Of a stretch of 35,614 nt of DNA, positions 34,716 through 35,614 are shown piece by piece. Numbering within the stretch: position 1 is the stretch's first letter; each line of letters begins with the position of its first letter. Source of the DNA: Naegleria gruberi. Lineage: Eukaryota. Location: NCBI GenBank assembly GCA_000004985.1, contig GG738947.1, one strand, 5' to 3'. Both the position numbers and the translations under genes were made by a program. Below the pieces are notes generated by a model. It saw only the letters and a program-made list of their open reading frames with translations, searched no databases and had not been told where the DNA came from.

Positions 34716-34732
34716 ATGGGAAGCTAGTGTCT
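34716..34732 (-). repeat. Right arm of the perfect 17-bp inverted repeat, ATGGGAAGCTAGTGTCT on the + strand
   Basis: Positions 34711-34740 read aagtcatgggaagctagtgtctataatcca. The segment 34716-34732 is the reverse complement of 162-178. The rough chance expectation for a perfect 17-mer inverted match between about 1 kb and about 1.1 kb of sequence is on the order of 1e-4. The AT bias raises this somewhat but does not remove the significance. Confidence 0.9.
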
Positions 34733-35465
34733 ATAATCCACTGTATGGGCTCATTAGCAATCAATTCGCAAGTTATTGAAGAGTGATCACCATTTACAAA
34801 ATCAAAGTTTCAATTGGATTTGCATCTAATTATTCATTGAAAACAAAACATGAGAAAAACAAGTCATAATATGGTCTTTTAGTTGGTAAATATTTCCTAG
34901 CTCAAATTGTAATTAATATTGTTGGCACACTCACTTCAGAGCTAGATCACCCTGGCTGGTGGTTTGATGGGATTGAGTAGGATTTTTGGCTGCAATCTTG
35001 TCCTCACTTTGGGTGCCTTAATTTATCATGTGGCCAACTATTAGATGATAAATTAGAACAAGGATTTAGAAGGAGTGTAATAAATTGTAAAGTGTTTATC
35101 AATAATTTGAAAATAATACTAAACAATGTTTTGAATTATCATAACAGCTGCTGTTGTCTTGATGGTGCAATTTCGATTTTTCGTCCAATTAGTTTGCAAT
35201 AGTTTCCAAAAATAAAAAGAGATTGTTCCAAACACGAATGACATTGTTTTCACATGTCATGTGATGAAATTTTTCATTGTTCATAAATAATAGATGTGTA
35301 ATCCACATTTAGATTTCAAAATTGCCTCTTTCCATCCAATTTACATAACACCAGCACGCAAGACATCCAAATGCTTCCTCCATCACCACTACTGAATTCA
35401 TACTCCAAAGCACGAGGTTCACACATGAAACTGTTGCTCTTGTTGTTGTGGCAAAAACTTAATTT

Positions 35466-35486
35466 TATAAAAGGAGAGGGAAAATG
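35466..35486 (+). promoter_or_regulatory. TATA-like motif TATAAAAG followed 10 nt later by an ATG in AAAATGG context; no gene follows within the window
   Basis: TATAAAAG is at 35466-35473 and the ATG at 35484-35486 (aaaATGg). The reading frame stops after 6 codons (ATG GAC ATG AAA AAG TCT TAA). This is a motif match only and is plausibly chance in AT-rich DNA. Confidence 0.12.
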
Positions 35487-35566
35487 GACATGAAAAAGTC
35501 TTAACACTGTTATTTACATTAGATTTTATTTGCTCTTCAAATTGTCTCTTTGTATTTATTTCACAA

Positions 35567-35580
35567 GATGATGATGATGA
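35567..35580. repeat. Short trinucleotide microsatellite, (GAT)4GA, equivalently (ATG)4
   Basis: The sequence caagatgatgatgatgacatt at 35564-35584 contains 14 bp of perfect 3-bp periodicity. Confidence 0.7.
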
Positions 35581-35614
35581 CATTAATTTAATATTTCTAT
35601 TATTGATATTGAAG

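Noticed and set aside
154-34740. Target-site duplication flanking the 17-bp inverted repeat arms
   Set aside because: The sequence immediately outside the arms is …ttcctggaacg on the left and ataatccactg… on the right. There is no shared direct repeat of 2-10 bp and no TA dinucleotide pair, so I cannot claim a transposition footprint.
34946-35044. Hydrophobic mini-ORF (ITLAGGLMGLSRIFGCNLVLTLGALIYHVANY) that looks like a transmembrane helix
   Set aside because: It is only 32 codons stop-to-stop, or 25 from the ATG at 34967. It has no upstream or downstream exon partners with splice signals. Such segments arise readily from T/G-rich DNA.
35316-35507. 63-aa minus-strand ORF (MLRLFHVHFPSPFIK…)
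   Set aside because: It starts at a GTG; the first ATG gives about 36 aa. It has no supporting signals and an implausible composition. Its length is within the chance expectation for 2 kb of six-frame sequence.
1-35614. Prokaryotic-style reading (operon, RBS, defence island, CRISPR)
   Set aside because: There are no direct-repeat/spacer arrays, no SD-like motifs ahead of ATGs and no compact ORF array. The AT-rich low-complexity flanks, the GTGAGT donor motif and the AATAAA/TATAAAAG motifs fit a eukaryotic non-coding context better. The track's GTG/TTG starts come from the ORF caller's settings and are not evidence of bacterial genes.

Overview
This 35,614-bp window is dominated by a single uninterrupted run of 33,493 undetermined bases (N) at 995..34487, about 94% of the window. 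Only 994 bp of real sequence precede it (1..994) and 1,127 bp follow it (34488..35614). All three giant ORFs in the six-frame track (903..34586 +, 976..34560 +, 986..34579 -) are artefacts of translating the N run as poly-X; they are not genes. Whatever the N block stands for (a sized scaffold gap or a hard-masked region), its content cannot be read, so any system encoded there cannot be described from this window.

The ~2.1 kb of real sequence is AT-rich (roughly one third G+C by my count over sampled lines) and low-complexity. It looks like eukaryotic intergenic or intronic DNA rather than a prokaryotic gene array. It has no long ATG-initiated ORF with ordinary protein composition, no ribosome-binding-site/operon organisation, no rRNA, no foldable tRNA and no CRISPR array. 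One isolated consensus 5' splice-site motif (CAG|GTGAGT) is present.

The one structure I cannot attribute to chance is a perfect 17-bp inverted repeat, AGACACTAGCTTCCCAT at 162..178 and its reverse complement at 34716..34732. The two copies bracket the whole N block, about 34.6 kb apart. They could be terminal inverted repeats of a large mobile element, inversion breakpoints, or an assembly artefact. I cannot distinguish these without the masked sequence.

Minor features are a degenerate TTGATT motif cluster, tRNA-like A-box/B-box motifs that do not fold into a tRNA, a short (GAT)n microsatellite, and a TATA-like motif at the right edge.
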